DNA of 64,000 bases, from assembly GCA_963798215.1 (NCBI GenBank), contig CAWCSP010000004.1, positions 702,159 through 766,158 of the forward strand, in the 5' to 3' direction. This document shows positions 27,342 through 38,749 of the stretch, piece by piece. A model generated the notes under the pieces. It was not told the DNA's origin. It made no database searches and saw only the letters and a program-made list of their open reading frames with translations. Position 1 is the stretch's first letter. Each line of letters starts with the position of its first letter. The position numbers and the translations under genes were made by a program. The stretch comes from an uncultured Acidobacteriota bacterium. GTDB lineage: Bacteria > Acidobacteriota > Thermoanaerobaculia > UBA5066.

Positions 27342-28333
27342 TCGATAAGCTTGTCCGCGAGGACGACGAGGTCGAACGGGATTGTGAGCCCCAGCGCCCT
27401 CGCGGTCTTCCGGTTGATGAACAGTTCGAACTTCGTGGGCTGCTCCACGGGGAGGTCGCTCGGCTTCGCTCCGCGCAGGATCTTGTCGACGAAGACGGCA
27501 GCACGCCGGTAGTTCTCGGTCCGATTCGGCCCATAGCTCATCAGCCCGCCGGACTCCGCGTACTCTCGCAGGCCTCCGATTGACGGCAAGTGGTTCTTCG
27601 ACGCGAGGTCCGCGATCTCCTGGCGCTGCTGGATGAGGAAGCCGTCCGTGACCCACGAGACCGCCGAGACTCGCTCGCGAGCGAAAACGGCGAACGCGCC
27701 CTCGATCTCCAGCGGAGTGCTGACCGGGACGTCGAGGACTTTCAGGTTTCGCGAGCTGGCGGCCTCCTGCAACTTCTTGATTGCCGGTGCCGAGAAGGGG
27801 TTCGTCGGGTTCCAGATGACGCCGAGCCGTGCGATGTGCGAGACCATCTCGCCGAGCAGCTCCATCTGCTTGAGATTCGTCTCGCTGGCGACGATCGAGA
27901 TCCCGGTGACGTTCCCGCCGGGCTGGGAGAGGCTCGCAACGAGGCCGTTCGTGACCGGATCGCCGGCGGCCCCGAAGACGATCGGGATCGAGTGTGTGGC
28001 CTTCATCGCCGCGAGCACCGAAGGCGTGCCGTCGGCCGTGACGATGACGTCCACGGGCATCGCGACAAGCTCCCGCGCGAGCGCCGCGAGCCGTTCGTAA
28101 TCCCCCTGCGCGTATCGCCATTCGATCTTGAGGTTCCTGCCTTCCACGTAGCCGAGCTCCCGCATGCCCTGAGGGAAGCCCCCGTGGTAGTCGCCTTCCA
28201 GCGTCGCGGGCCTCCGGCGCGCGGACAGGAATCCCACGTGCCAGACCTTGCCGTCCTTCTGGGCGAGAGCGCGGAAGGGGGCTGCCGCCGCCGCGGCGCC
28301 GAGCGCGAGGAGGAGGTCCCGTCGCGTCCTCAC
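27338..28333 (-). CDS. ABC transporter substrate-binding protein (same family), paralog 3
   Basis: 331 aa from GTG start; Tat-like [17 protein letters not shown] signal; ...[38 protein letters not shown]. Confidence 0.75.
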   Translation of the reverse strand: [331 protein letters not shown]

Positions 28334-29322
28334 TCGATCACCTTGTCCGCGAGGACGAGAAGGTCGGGCGGAATCGTGAGGCCGAGGGCTTTAGCCGTTT
28401 TCCGGTTGATGACCAGGAAGATCTTCGTCGGCTGCTGGACTGGAAGATCCGCGGGACTCGCGCCGCGCAGGATCCTGTCGATGTAGTCCACGACGCCTAT
28501 CCAGGTTTCGGCCGGCCTCGAGCCGTAGTTCAGGAGGCCCCCGAACAGGGCGTAGTCCCAGAAGCCCGAGATCGAGGGCAACCGATGCTTCGCGGCGAGT
28601 CCGGCGAACTGTTGCGCCTGCTGGTTCAGGAACGAGTCCACCGTCCACATGAGCGCCTGGGCCTTGGCCTTTTCGGCCGACAAGAAGGCGTTCACGATCT
28701 CAACGGGGGCCAGGGCCCCGAACGGGAGCACCTGGACGCCCATCTTCAGACCTGCTTTTCGTACCTCTTCGACGAGAGACGGGTGCGCCTCGTTCGCCGG
28801 GTTGAAGACGAGGGCGACGCGCGCGAGGCCGGGCGCCATCCGGGTCAGCAGCTCCAATTGCTTTCCCATCGTCTCGCTCAGGAGAAGGGCGACGCCGGTG
28901 ACATTCCCGCCGGGATGGGCCATCGACTTCACCAGCCCTCGCGCCACGAGGTCAGTGCCTCCGACGAACACGATCGGAACCGAGCTCGTCGCGTTCTCAG
29001 CCGCGCGAATCGACTGCGTCCCGTCTGTGACGATGATGTCGACGCGCGCCTTCACGAGGTCCGCAGCCAGCCCGGGGAGTTTGGCGTAGTCCCCTCCGGC
29101 GAAGCGCCACTCGAAAACGACGTTCCGTCCCTCGACGTAACCTCGTTCCCGAAGACCGCGGGAGACGTTGCCGTACGGGTCCGTCTCGAGCGACTCGGGT
29201 CGGCGGCGGGAAACGAGGATGCCGACTCGCCAGACCTTTTCTGGATCCTGGGCCAGCGACTGAAGCGGCCGGGATGCGAGTGCAAGTCCGAGGACCCGGA
29301 AGAGATCCCGCCGCGTCTTCAA
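28330..29322 (-). CDS. ABC transporter substrate-binding protein (same family), paralog 4
   Basis: About 330 aa from TTG 29322 (LKTRRDLFRVLGLALA signal); ...LPVQQPTKIFLVINRKTAKALGLTIPPDLLVLADKVIE. Upstream of the TTG the frame belongs to the porin gene. Confidence 0.7.
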   Translation of the reverse strand: MKTRRDLFRVLGLALASRPLQSLAQDPEKVWRVGILVSRRRPESLETDPYGNVSRGLRERGYVEGRNVVFEWRFAGGDYAKLPGLAADLVKARVDIIVTDGTQSIRAAENATSSVPIVFVGGTDLVARGLVKSMAHPGGNVTGVALLLSETMGKQLELLTRMAPGLARVALVFNPANEAHPSLVEEVRKAGLKMGVQVLPFGALAPVEIVNAFLSAEKAKAQALMWTVDSFLNQQAQQFAGLAAKHRLPSISGFWDYALFGGLLNYGSRPAETWIGVVDYIDRILRGASPADLPVQQPTKIFLVINRKTAKALGLTIPPDLLVLADKVIE

Positions 29323-29350
29323 TTGTGACGTCCTGCGTTCATGCCTTGCC

Positions 29351-30493
29351 TCAGAAGTAGAAGACCTGAAACTGGATCGTGAACTCGTTCGTCGGTGCCG
29401 CCGAATCGAGCTTGGGAACGAGGCGCGTGTAGGCAGCGGTAACCCTGAGATACTGGCGGTGCACGAGGCAATGGAGGCCGGCCTGGTATCGGCGCGAACT
29501 CTTCGAGTCGTTGGCCGCGTCGGAGTACCTCTGGGTATGAAACTGCAGGAACGGCTGCAGCTTGGCCGCCGCGAAGTAATAGCCTGCCTCGACGAGATAG
29601 TCATTCTGCCGCGGCAGCGACGCGAAGCGAGTTTCTCCGTCGTAGTGGAACCAGTTGATGCTGCCGGTTGCCGCGCCACTCCCGCTTACCGGGATGTCGG
29701 CGAATACATCGGCTGCGTAAGCGTGATAGTCGCCCTGGTTGTCCGAGCCGACGCCGATGGCGACGATTTTTCGGTCTCCGTAATTCGACCCCTGGTAGAC
29801 GTAACCCTGGTGGAGGTAGCCGGTCTCGGTGTCGAAGAGCTCGTATTGAACCCGGGCGGCATAGCGGTAGGAGTTCTTGACGCCGGGCAGCCGCTCCCCG
29901 GAGAAGACGCCGGCCCGATACTGCAGATGATCGTTCAGGAAGAAGCCGGTGGCCCCGAACCCGGTATCGCGAAAGGCATTGCTCTGCGTCTGGGCGTTCG
30001 ATTGGAGTGAGGTCGGGCCGGTATCCAGCGTGAGGGTGGTCGATCCCGCCTGCATGACGTTTCGGCCCAGGGGCACGTAGAACATGCCGCCCAGGAGCTG
30101 GAGCTCCGGGGCCACGTGCCACATCCCGAACGCATCGATGATGCTCGGGGTCGTGGAAAGAGCCGCGGACGACGCCTTGTTCTTTCCGAGGTTCGTGTCG
30201 TCCATCTGGTAGAAGAATGTCACGTCTTCGACGACCTGCCCTCCGGCAAGAAAGCGCCAGCGCCGAATGAATAGGTTCTGGGCGTAACCGGCGGTTGTCG
30301 TTCCATCGGCACTTGCCAGCTGCTGCCAATCGGCCCACGCCTGGAGCTGGACGCCGAGCTTGATGAACGTCGTGTCGCTCGCCTTGATGATCGCCTGTGC
30401 ATGCGCCCTGCCGGCAGGGGCTAGAAGACCCGTGGCCGCCAGGAGTGCTCCGAGATACGCAGGAACTCTCCGCGATAGCGCTGCGTTCGTCAC
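29351..30493 (-). CDS. outer-membrane beta-barrel porin
   Basis: 380 aa from GTG start with strong SD (GGAGGAGAGG); signal peptide; alternating amphipathic beta strands; C-terminal ...FTIQFQVFYF with terminal Phe. Confidence 0.6.
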   Translation of the reverse strand: MTNAALSRRVPAYLGALLAATGLLAPAGRAHAQAIIKASDTTFIKLGVQLQAWADWQQLASADGTTTAGYAQNLFIRRWRFLAGGQVVEDVTFFYQMDDTNLGKNKASSAALSTTPSIIDAFGMWHVAPELQLLGGMFYVPLGRNVMQAGSTTLTLDTGPTSLQSNAQTQSNAFRDTGFGATGFFLNDHLQYRAGVFSGERLPGVKNSYRYAARVQYELFDTETGYLHQGYVYQGSNYGDRKIVAIGVGSDNQGDYHAYAADVFADIPVSGSGAATGSINWFHYDGETRFASLPRQNDYLVEAGYYFAAAKLQPFLQFHTQRYSDAANDSKSSRRYQAGLHCLVHRQYLRVTAAYTRLVPKLDSAAPTNEFTIQFQVFYF

Positions 30494-30513
30494 CCTCTCC
30501 TCCAGTCCTTTGA

Positions 30514-31338
30514 TCAGAGGTCGATGCCGAATCGAGCCCCGAACGCGAGGGCGACGAGCCCCGCACGCGTCGATGCGCCCGTCTTCTGAAACGCGGACAT
30601 CAGGTGCTTGTGTACCGTGTCGGCGGAAACCGACAGGCGGGCTGCGATTTCCTTGTTCGTGAGGCCCTGTGCGGCGAGGCCCACGACGCGCCCCTGGGTG
30701 GCGGTCAGGCCGCAGCGTGCCTGCAGGTGCTCGGTGTCGAGCTCGAAGCTCCCGTCCGCGGGCACGAAGAAGAAGATCCGGGAAGAGTCCGGGTCGGGCG
30801 CGCCTCCGGGATGCCGGGGCGCTGCCGAGCCCGGCACGATTCGGACCGTGCGATTCATAACCGGGACCTCGACCGGCTCGTCGGAAGCCGCAGAGCGCGC
30901 CGCAACGTAGAGAACGGCTTGCGGCACTGCCGGGCCCCCGAAGAGCCGTCCGGCTGCGGGGTTTCCCGCGAGGTAACGGCCGTTGCCGTCGACGGCGATC
31001 GCCGGCACCGGGAGGCAGTCGAGCGCCGCTTCGAGGGCGCGCGTGTGGCGCGAGGCTTCTTCGATAGCCAGCCGCGCCGCTTTCAGATCCTCCAGGAGAG
31101 GCAGCACCATGCGCCCGGCCTCGCGCTCGCTGTCGGTGAAGGAAGCGGAATCGTCCAGAGCCTGCGGCCCATGTTCCGCAAGGCGCTCCCAGAGGCGTCG
31201 TACCGCGTCGAGGCGCATGACGTCCAGTTGTCCGAGGGCGTACGGCCGGCCCGTAATCCGTCCCCCATCTGACTTTGTGCGGCTCGCATTGTAGCGCCCT
31301 CGAACCGTCCGACTCGCGCTTCGAACCCGATGCTCCAT
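30514..31338 (-). CDS. LuxR-family transcriptional regulator (N-terminal PAS-like sensor, C-terminal LuxR HTH)
   Basis: C-terminal HTH LTATQGRVVGLAAQGLTNKEIAARLSVSADTVHKHLMSAFQKTG. Start is uncertain (ATG 31338 or ATG 31218). Confidence 0.7.
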   Translation of the reverse strand: MEHRVRSASRTVRGRYNASRTKSDGGRITGRPYALGQLDVMRLDAVRRLWERLAEHGPQALDDSASFTDSEREAGRMVLPLLEDLKAARLAIEEASRHTRALEAALDCLPVPAIAVDGNGRYLAGNPAAGRLFGGPAVPQAVLYVAARSAASDEPVEVPVMNRTVRIVPGSAAPRHPGGAPDPDSSRIFFFVPADGSFELDTEHLQARCGLTATQGRVVGLAAQGLTNKEIAARLSVSADTVHKHLMSAFQKTGASTRAGLVALAFGARFGIDL

Positions 31339-31434
31339 CGCGTCGGCACTGAATCGGACAGCATGGTGACCTCTGAGTGGGAATCTAGCGACGAGGCCCT
31401 GCCGCCGACATTCCCCGTTTGGGGGATGGCGGAC

Positions 31435-32178
31435 TCAGGCCGCGGGCTTCTCGGCCCGGACGATCCGGAGCGGCGGGAAGACGTCGAGGACGTGCGGCCC
31501 GGTGCGCGTCACCGTCAGCCCCGCGGCCTCGAACGAGCGGACGTAGTCGCCCGTCCGGACGAAATCCGAGACGAGCGCGACGCCGCCCTTCCTGAGGACG
31601 CGCGCGATCTCGTGGCACGCGTCGGCCCGTCCGCCGGCGTCGGGAATGTTGTGGAGGCACAGGTTCGAGAGGACGACGTCGAACGACGCGTCCGGGAAGG
31701 GCATCGACCGCGCGTCCGCGCTGCGCACCTCGACGCGCTCGGCGACGCCCTCGGCCTCGGCGTTCGCGAGGAAGGCGTCCGCGGCGTTCCCGGAGAGATC
31801 CTTCGGGCTCCAGACGTCGACCCCGACGGCCGTCCCCGTCGTGAGCCTCTTCGCGGCGCCGAGCGCGAGGAGGCCGCGGCCCGTGCCGACGTCGAGGACG
31901 AACTCGGCGCCCGTCCACGCGATCATCGCGAGCATCCGGTCGCGGTGGCGGAACTTCCCCCACTCGGCGTACAGGAGCATGAGTGCGCCGCCGAGCAGGC
32001 AGCCGACCGCGGGCCCCGCGAACAGTCCGCGCAGCTCGAACAGGACGTCCTGCCCGGCGATCCGGTACGGGCCGGCGTACGGCGGACTGACGACGAGGGC
32101 CGCGAGGAGAAGGCCGGCGACGACGAACAGGTTCCGGACGACGCCCGGGGCGTCCACGCCGTAGTCCGCCTTGCGCAT
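31435..32178 (-). CDS. class I SAM-dependent methyltransferase with N-terminal TM helices
   Basis: 247-aa C-terminal part of ORF 31435..33297(-) from ATG 32178; motif I VLDVGTGRGLLAL; ...DVVLSNLCLHNIPD... Confidence 0.7.
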   Translation of the reverse strand: MRKADYGVDAPGVVRNLFVVAGLLLAALVVSPPYAGPYRIAGQDVLFELRGLFAGPAVGCLLGGALMLLYAEWGKFRHRDRMLAMIAWTGAEFVLDVGTGRGLLALGAAKRLTTGTAVGVDVWSPKDLSGNAADAFLANAEAEGVAERVEVRSADARSMPFPDASFDVVLSNLCLHNIPDAGGRADACHEIARVLRKGGVALVSDFVRTGDYVRSFEAAGLTVTRTGPHVLDVFPPLRIVRAEKPAA

Positions 32179-32196
32179 TGGTGAGATGCTACCCCC

Positions 32197-34506
32197 GTGA
32201 GCAATCGCCTCGCGGGAGAGACGTCGCCGTACCTCCTCCAGCACGCCCGGAATCCAGTCGACTGGTGGCCATGGGGCGAGGCGGCTTTCGCGAAGGCCCG
32301 CCGGGAGGACCGGCCCATCTTCCTCTCGATCGGCTATTCGTCGTGCCACTGGTGTCACGTCATGGAGAAGGAGTCGTTCGAGAACGTTGCTGTCGCCGAC
32401 GTCCTGAACGAGCACTTCGTCGCGATCAAGGTCGACCGCGAGGAGCGCCCCGACGTGGACGACGTCTACATGACGGCCGTCCAGCTCACAACCGGGCGCG
32501 GCGGCTGGCCGCTCTCCGCGTTCCTCCTGCCGGACGGCAAGCCGTTCTTCGCGGGGACGTACTTCCCGCCCGACGACCGCCACGGCCGCGCCGGATTCCG
32601 GACTCTCCTCCTCCGGATCGCGCAGGCCTGGGGCAACGAGCGCGCGGCGCTCGAGGACTCCGCGCGCCAGATCGCCGCCGAGGTCGCGCGCGCCGCCGAC
32701 CCCGCGGGCCGCGGCCCCGCAGAATCCCTCTCGCGCGACGCGCTGCTCCTCCCGGGCGCGGCGCTCGCGCAGGCCTTCGACCCGCGCCACGGCGGCTTCG
32801 GCGGCGCGCCGAAGTTTCCGCCGCACGTCGCGCTGGAGTGGCTCCTCGCGCGCGGCGCCGGAGGCGACGCCGCGGCGCTGGCGCACGCGATCGGAACGCT
32901 CGACGCCATGGCGCTCGGCGGCATCCGTGACCACCTCGGGGGCGGCTTCCACCGCTACTCGACGGACGCCGAATGGCTCCTCCCGCACTTCGAGAAGATG
33001 CTCACGGACAACGCCCAGCTCCTCGGCGTCTACGCGTGCGCGTACGCCGTCACGGGCGACACGCTCTACGCGCAGGTCGCGCGCGAGACGGGCGACTACC
33101 TCCTCCGCGAAATGCGCGGCACCGAGGGCGGCTTCTTCGCCGCGACGGACGCGGACTCGGAGGGGGAAGAAGGAAAATATTTCTGCTGGGACCCCGAGCA
33201 GATCCTCGAATGCCTCGGCGAATCGGACGGGAGTTATTTCTGCGAATGGTATGGGGTGCGGGAGGGCGGCAACTTCGCCGAGGAAGCGACGGGGCATGGC
33301 ACCGGCGCCTCGGTCCTCTTTCTTTCTAAGAAAATCTCCTCTTCACCGGGCGCCGAAGAACGTCTCGCGCCGCTCAGGCACAAACTTCTCGATGCGCGGA
33401 GCAAGAGAATCCCTCCCTCCCTCGACGACAAGCGCGTCTCGGGCTGGAACGCGCTCGCCGTCTCCGGCTTCGCCGTCGCGGCGCGCGCGCTCGCCGAGCC
33501 GCGCTACCTCGAGGCCGCGCGCGTCGGCGCGCGCTTCCTCTTGAACGTCGCGCGCCTCCCGGACGGCGTCCTCGCGCGGACGTGGAAGGACGGCGAGGCG
33601 AAGATCCCCGCGTTCCTCGAGGACGAGGCGTTCCTCGCGCTCGCGCTCCTCGACCTCGCGGACGCCGAGGGCCCCGGCGCCGCCGGGATCTGGCACGAGG
33701 AGGCGAGGGCCGCGGTGGAGTCGCTGCGCGCGCGCTTCCGCCGGAAGGACGGCCCGGGCTTCCGGTTCTCGGGAGAAGGCAACGAGACCCTGCTCTCGAA
33801 CGGCCGCGACCTCTTCGACAAGGCCGTCCCCTCGGCCTCCGGCGGGGCGGCGCGGGCGCTTGCGCGCCTCGCGCTCGCAACGGGCAACCGCGGGCTCGCG
33901 AGGGAGGCGAAGGACGCCGTCGACGAGGTCGGCTGGCTCATGGCGCGCTCGCCGCACGGCACGGAGTCCTGGTTCTTCGCGCTGGAGGCGCTGTTCGAGT
34001 TCGAGGACCGGTACGGTCTGCTCCCTCTCGCGGACACCCTCAGTGACTCGGGACCCACAGCGGGGCTGGGCGCCGGTGATTTTTCTTCGAAGGTGAATGG
34101 AGGAGAGAACGCCTCAGCGCCCACTTCGCCGGTGCGCGTCGAGGGGGTGGCCGTTGAGCCCAAAGTCGTGCGCGGCGGCGAAGGCGCGCTCATCCTCAGG
34201 ATTTCCGTCGCTCCCGGCTGGCATTTGCAGGGCCCCGACGGGCTGCGCATCGAGGCCTGGGGCGGGTCCGAATTCACCTTCGACGAGGTCCCGTTGCCGG
34301 AGCCCCTGAGGTTGACCAGCTCGGCGCACGACGAGGAGACCGGCTGGTACGGGACGTTCGAGGTTGCGCTCTCGTTCTCCGTCGCCCCGAGGGCGGCGAA
34401 AGGGAAGAGAGACGTGAGCGTGCGCGTGGCGTATCGCGCCTGCGGCGAAGGCGCATGCCGCCCGGACGCGGTGGCGTCGCTCTCGATCCCCGTCGAGATC
34501 GTCTGA
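32197..34506 (+). CDS. thioredoxin-domain protein, YyaL/DUF255 (N-acylglucosamine 2-epimerase-like) family
   Basis: 769 aa from GTG start; DUF255 signature [18 protein letters not shown]; (alpha/alpha)6-barrel-like middle region; extra C-terminal domain. Confidence 0.8.
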   Translation: MSNRLAGETSPYLLQHARNPVDWWPWGEAAFAKARREDRPIFLSIGYSSCHWCHVMEKESFENVAVADVLNEHFVAIKVDREERPDVDDVYMTAVQLTTGRGGWPLSAFLLPDGKPFFAGTYFPPDDRHGRAGFRTLLLRIAQAWGNERAALEDSARQIAAEVARAADPAGRGPAESLSRDALLLPGAALAQAFDPRHGGFGGAPKFPPHVALEWLLARGAGGDAAALAHAIGTLDAMALGGIRDHLGGGFHRYSTDAEWLLPHFEKMLTDNAQLLGVYACAYAVTGDTLYAQVARETGDYLLREMRGTEGGFFAATDADSEGEEGKYFCWDPEQILECLGESDGSYFCEWYGVREGGNFAEEATGHGTGASVLFLSKKISSSPGAEERLAPLRHKLLDARSKRIPPSLDDKRVSGWNALAVSGFAVAARALAEPRYLEAARVGARFLLNVARLPDGVLARTWKDGEAKIPAFLEDEAFLALALLDLADAEGPGAAGIWHEEARAAVESLRARFRRKDGPGFRFSGEGNETLLSNGRDLFDKAVPSASGGAARALARLALATGNRGLAREAKDAVDEVGWLMARSPHGTESWFFALEALFEFEDRYGLLPLADTLSDSGPTAGLGAGDFSSKVNGGENASAPTSPVRVEGVAVEPKVVRGGEGALILRISVAPGWHLQGPDGLRIEAWGGSEFTFDEVPLPEPLRLTSSAHDEETGWYGTFEVALSFSVAPRAAKGKRDVSVRVAYRACGEGACRPDAVASLSIPVEIV
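34078..34100. repeat. single copy of the motif variant gatttttcttcgaaggtgaatgg within the yyaL-like gene
   Basis: 17 of 19 identical to 13069-13087. Confidence 0.4.
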
Positions 34507-34510
34507 GCGG

Positions 34511-35287
34511 TCAGCCGGCGGCGCCGAAGTACGCCGCGGCCCCGTTCTTCAGGAGCGCCGTGACGTTGTGGAGGAGGATGCGGTGGCCCTTGGCCATCAG
34601 CTCCTTCGCGCGCGCGCCGGTCGCGGCGACCGTCCCGATGAAGAGCCCGGCGTCGAGAACGGTCTTCGTGATCCGGTCGACCGCGGCTTCGACTTCGGGC
34701 CGGGCGGGGCCGCCGGGATAGCCCATCGCCATCGCGAGGTCGCGCGGGCCGATGATGAAGCCGTCCAGCCCGGGGACCTTCACGAGCTCGGGCAGCCTCG
34801 CGACGGCCTCGAGCGTCTCGATCTGCGGCAGGACGAGCGTCTCGTCGTTCACCCGTGTCACGTAGTCCTCGATCTTCTCGGGGCCGAGCGTCCAGCGGTT
34901 CGCGCGCACGGCCGCGATCCCGCGCAGGCCCTTCGGCGGGTACTTCACGGCCTCGACGAGACGGCGGGCCTCCTCCGTCTCCCGCAGCCCGGGCAGCATG
35001 ATCCCCATCGCGCCCGCGTCGAGATACTGGAGGATCAGCTTCGGGTCGAGGCTGCGCGGCCTCACGAGGAGCGACATCCCCGCGATCTCGCAGGCGCGCG
35101 CGGCGTCCTCGGCCTCGCGCGGCCCGGCGGGGCCGTGTTCCGTGTCGAGGATGTAGAGGGAGAAGCCGACGAGGCCGAGCGTCTCGAGCGTCGTCGCCTC
35201 GACGTTGGGGGAGAGGAGGCCGTGAACGGCCTCGCCGGCCTTCAGCCGGGCCTTGAGCGGAACGGGCATCGGAACCTCGGGTGCCAT
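34511..35287 (-). CDS. HpcH/HpaI aldolase family protein (2-keto-3-deoxy-acid aldolase)
   Basis: 258 aa; TIM-barrel aldolase motifs ...FSLYILDTEHGP..., ...LPQIETLEAV..., DGFIIGPRDLAMAMG. Confidence 0.8.
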   Translation of the reverse strand: MAPEVPMPVPLKARLKAGEAVHGLLSPNVEATTLETLGLVGFSLYILDTEHGPAGPREAEDAARACEIAGMSLLVRPRSLDPKLILQYLDAGAMGIMLPGLRETEEARRLVEAVKYPPKGLRGIAAVRANRWTLGPEKIEDYVTRVNDETLVLPQIETLEAVARLPELVKVPGLDGFIIGPRDLAMAMGYPGGPARPEVEAAVDRITKTVLDAGLFIGTVAATGARAKELMAKGHRILLHNVTALLKNGAAAYFGAAG

Positions 35288-35359
35288 CCTATCCCCCGGA
35301 AAGGGGAACGCCGCCGGGCTGCGGGCCGCGGCGGCGTTCGATCCGGGATCCGGGGCGCG

Positions 35360-36703
<1,344 letters not shown>

Positions 36704-36809
36704 GGAAAACCCTCCTTCGGGGGCCCCTTCGGGACTCCAAGTCAGTAGAGGATGAACAGTGGGGAAGACAGCGGAAATGATGAGGATGCGCTAGTGACAT
36801 TCGACAGCT

Positions 36810-36825
36810 TGTGATAAGTTTCACA
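36810..36825. promoter_or_regulatory. perfect CRP/FNR-superfamily site TGTGA-N6-TCACA (cTTGTGAtaagttTCACAAg)
   Basis: Read directly in the gltA / hypothetical-gene divergent intergenic region. Centre is about 114 nt upstream of the gltA ATG and about 37 nt upstream of the 36854 ATG. Confidence 0.45.
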
Positions 36826-36853
36826 AGCGGTCGGTCCCGGTACGATTTCTCTC

Positions 36854-37681
36854 ATGAAGAGAGCTTTCGTCCTCGTGACCGCCCTCGCGCTGTGCCTGGG
36901 AGCGGGTTCGGCCGCCGGCGAGGGGTGCGCCCGGGAGCGGCGGCTCACGGCCGGCGAGAGGGCCACCGTCGACGGCTGGTCCGCCGCGCTCGATAAGCTC
37001 CTCCCCGCGCCGCCGGCGGGCTGGAAGGTCTACGAAGTGACGAGGACGTCCGCCTCGTCCGGGACCGTCTGCGACGACCCGGGCCAGAACGTGCCCTTCT
37101 GGGCCGGGCTCGTCGCGACGTATCTGCCCGCGGATGCCCCGGAGTTCGGCCGCCGGCAGGCCGAGGGAGACCGGGCCGCGTTCGCGTCGGACGCGCAGGA
37201 GCTCACGAAGAACCTGCAGGACGCCGTCCAGAAGGGCGACACGAAGCGGATCCAGGAGATCTCGGCGCGTCTCGCGCAGGCGGCGCAGTCGCCGCAGGCC
37301 GTCGCCGCGCCCCCGCAGGGGAGCTCGCCGCGCCGCGCCGACGTCCGCCTCGAGGTCAACTTCAACGGCTACGGGCTCTGCGCCGCGGCCCGGCCTGCGT
37401 CGGTGCCGGGCGCCGCGTTCTCGTCCCGCTGGGCGGGCGTGAACTGCATGCTCGGCGTCCCGTCCGACGGCCTTGCGGCCGGATTCGGCGATTTCCGCCC
37501 GCGCACGAACTTCCAGGACCGCCTGACGGGATACGAAGCCGGCTTCACGCTCGACGGGCCGGGCCGGCCCCGGACGAAGGTCTACAACTCGTTCGTCGAG
37601 ATCCACGGCGACGCGGCAGCGGTGGACGCGCTCGCGAAGAGCCTCGACGTGGCAGGGCTGAAGAGGCTGACGGAGAAGTGA
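36854..37681 (+). CDS. hypothetical secreted protein
   Basis: 275 aa with a signal peptide and Cys residues; no recognisable family. Confidence 0.5.
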   Translation: MKRAFVLVTALALCLGAGSAAGEGCARERRLTAGERATVDGWSAALDKLLPAPPAGWKVYEVTRTSASSGTVCDDPGQNVPFWAGLVATYLPADAPEFGRRQAEGDRAAFASDAQELTKNLQDAVQKGDTKRIQEISARLAQAAQSPQAVAAPPQGSSPRRADVRLEVNFNGYGLCAAARPASVPGAAFSSRWAGVNCMLGVPSDGLAAGFGDFRPRTNFQDRLTGYEAGFTLDGPGRPRTKVYNSFVEIHGDAAAVDALAKSLDVAGLKRLTEK

Positions 37682-37682
37682 G

Positions 37683-38153
37683 TCAGGCGCCGAAGAGCCT
37701 TCTCGCCATCAGGAGCTGGCCGACGTGGTACGACGTGTGGTCGATCGCGATGAGCACGGAGCGCAGGATGGATTTTCCGGGCCGGCTCGGGACCGAAGCG
37801 AGGAGATCCGGCGTCGTCTTCACGAGTTCCTGGAACGCTTCGCGGTCGGCGGCGATCGCCTGGAGGCTCGCCTTCCACGCACGGGGCGTCGGCGGCGCCG
37901 GGGTCTTCGGCCAGTACGCGTCCGGCCAGTCGCCCTCCACGTAATCCGGGTCGCGGCTGAAATCGAGGAGGTCGCGCTGTGCGAGGCGGATGTGCTCGAG
38001 GAGCTCCCACGGCGAGTGCGCGGAGCCCTTCGGCCTCTTCCCGCGCAGGCGCGCGGGCAGCCCCTTCACGGCGGATGCGAGGCTCATGTGCGCGCTCTCC
38101 CACGAGAGCGCGAGGGAGAGGTGGTCACGGAGGGCGGCGTCGTTTCGGGCCAT
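37683..38153 (-). CDS. DinB-like family protein
   Basis: 156 aa; ...WELLEHIRLAQRDLL... and IAIDHTSYHVGQL, a DinB-type His triad. Confidence 0.55.
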   Translation of the reverse strand: MARNDAALRDHLSLALSWESAHMSLASAVKGLPARLRGKRPKGSAHSPWELLEHIRLAQRDLLDFSRDPDYVEGDWPDAYWPKTPAPPTPRAWKASLQAIAADREAFQELVKTTPDLLASVPSRPGKSILRSVLIAIDHTSYHVGQLLMARRLFGA

Positions 38154-38222
38154 GGCGGATCCAACGCGTCACGAACCCGGCGCATTCCGGGCGCGGCGAA
38201 GAAAGGCGCCGAGACCGGGAGG

Positions 38223-38660
38223 TCAGCCGGAGACTCCGTCGTAGCCGAGATAGGCCTCGAGAACCTGCACCTCGTGCTCGAGGTCGGCGATCCGCTCTTC
38301 CATGACGCCGCGGAACGAGACGACCCCGACGACTTTCTTCTTCGCGTCGACGATCGGGAGGTGCCGGATGTGGCGCTCCGCCATGGTCTGCGCCGCCTCG
38401 GCGCCGTCGCCGGGCGCCGGGATGAAGAGGACGTCGGCGGTCATGACGTCCGCGACGGGCGTTTTCGCGGGGTCGCGCCGGGCGAGGACCACTTTCTCGA
38501 GGACGTCGCGCTCGGAGAAGATGCCGGTCATCTTCCTGCCTTTCATCACGACGACAGCGCCCACCCGTTCCTTCACCATGGTCTTCACCGCCTCGAGGAC
38601 GGTCGCGGTCCGGGGAACGGTGATCGGGGGACGGGACGAGTTCCGGAGCAGCTTCGCCAT
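38223..38660 (-). CDS. CBS domain-containing protein
   Basis: 145 aa from ATG 38660; tandem CBS motifs; last gene of the TetR-nitrilase-CBS run. Confidence 0.65.
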   Translation of the reverse strand: MAKLLRNSSRPPITVPRTATVLEAVKTMVKERVGAVVVMKGRKMTGIFSERDVLEKVVLARRDPAKTPVADVMTADVLFIPAPGDGAEAAQTMAERHIRHLPIVDAKKKVVGVVSFRGVMEERIADLEHEVQVLEAYLGYDGVSG

Positions 38661-38749
38661 GAGGCACTCCTCTCGCAGGCTCACGCCTGAGGCAAACATG
38701 GGAGCCCGCGCCCGGGCTCTCCATGATGCAGGCGGCTCAGAGGAGCGCT

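Noticed and set aside
29323-29679. Longer SBP paralog 4 (449 aa) from ATG 29679
   Set aside because: The upstream 119 aa are Arg/Ser-rich and overlap the porin gene in another frame. The signal peptide begins at the TTG 29322 codon, which matches the other three paralogs.
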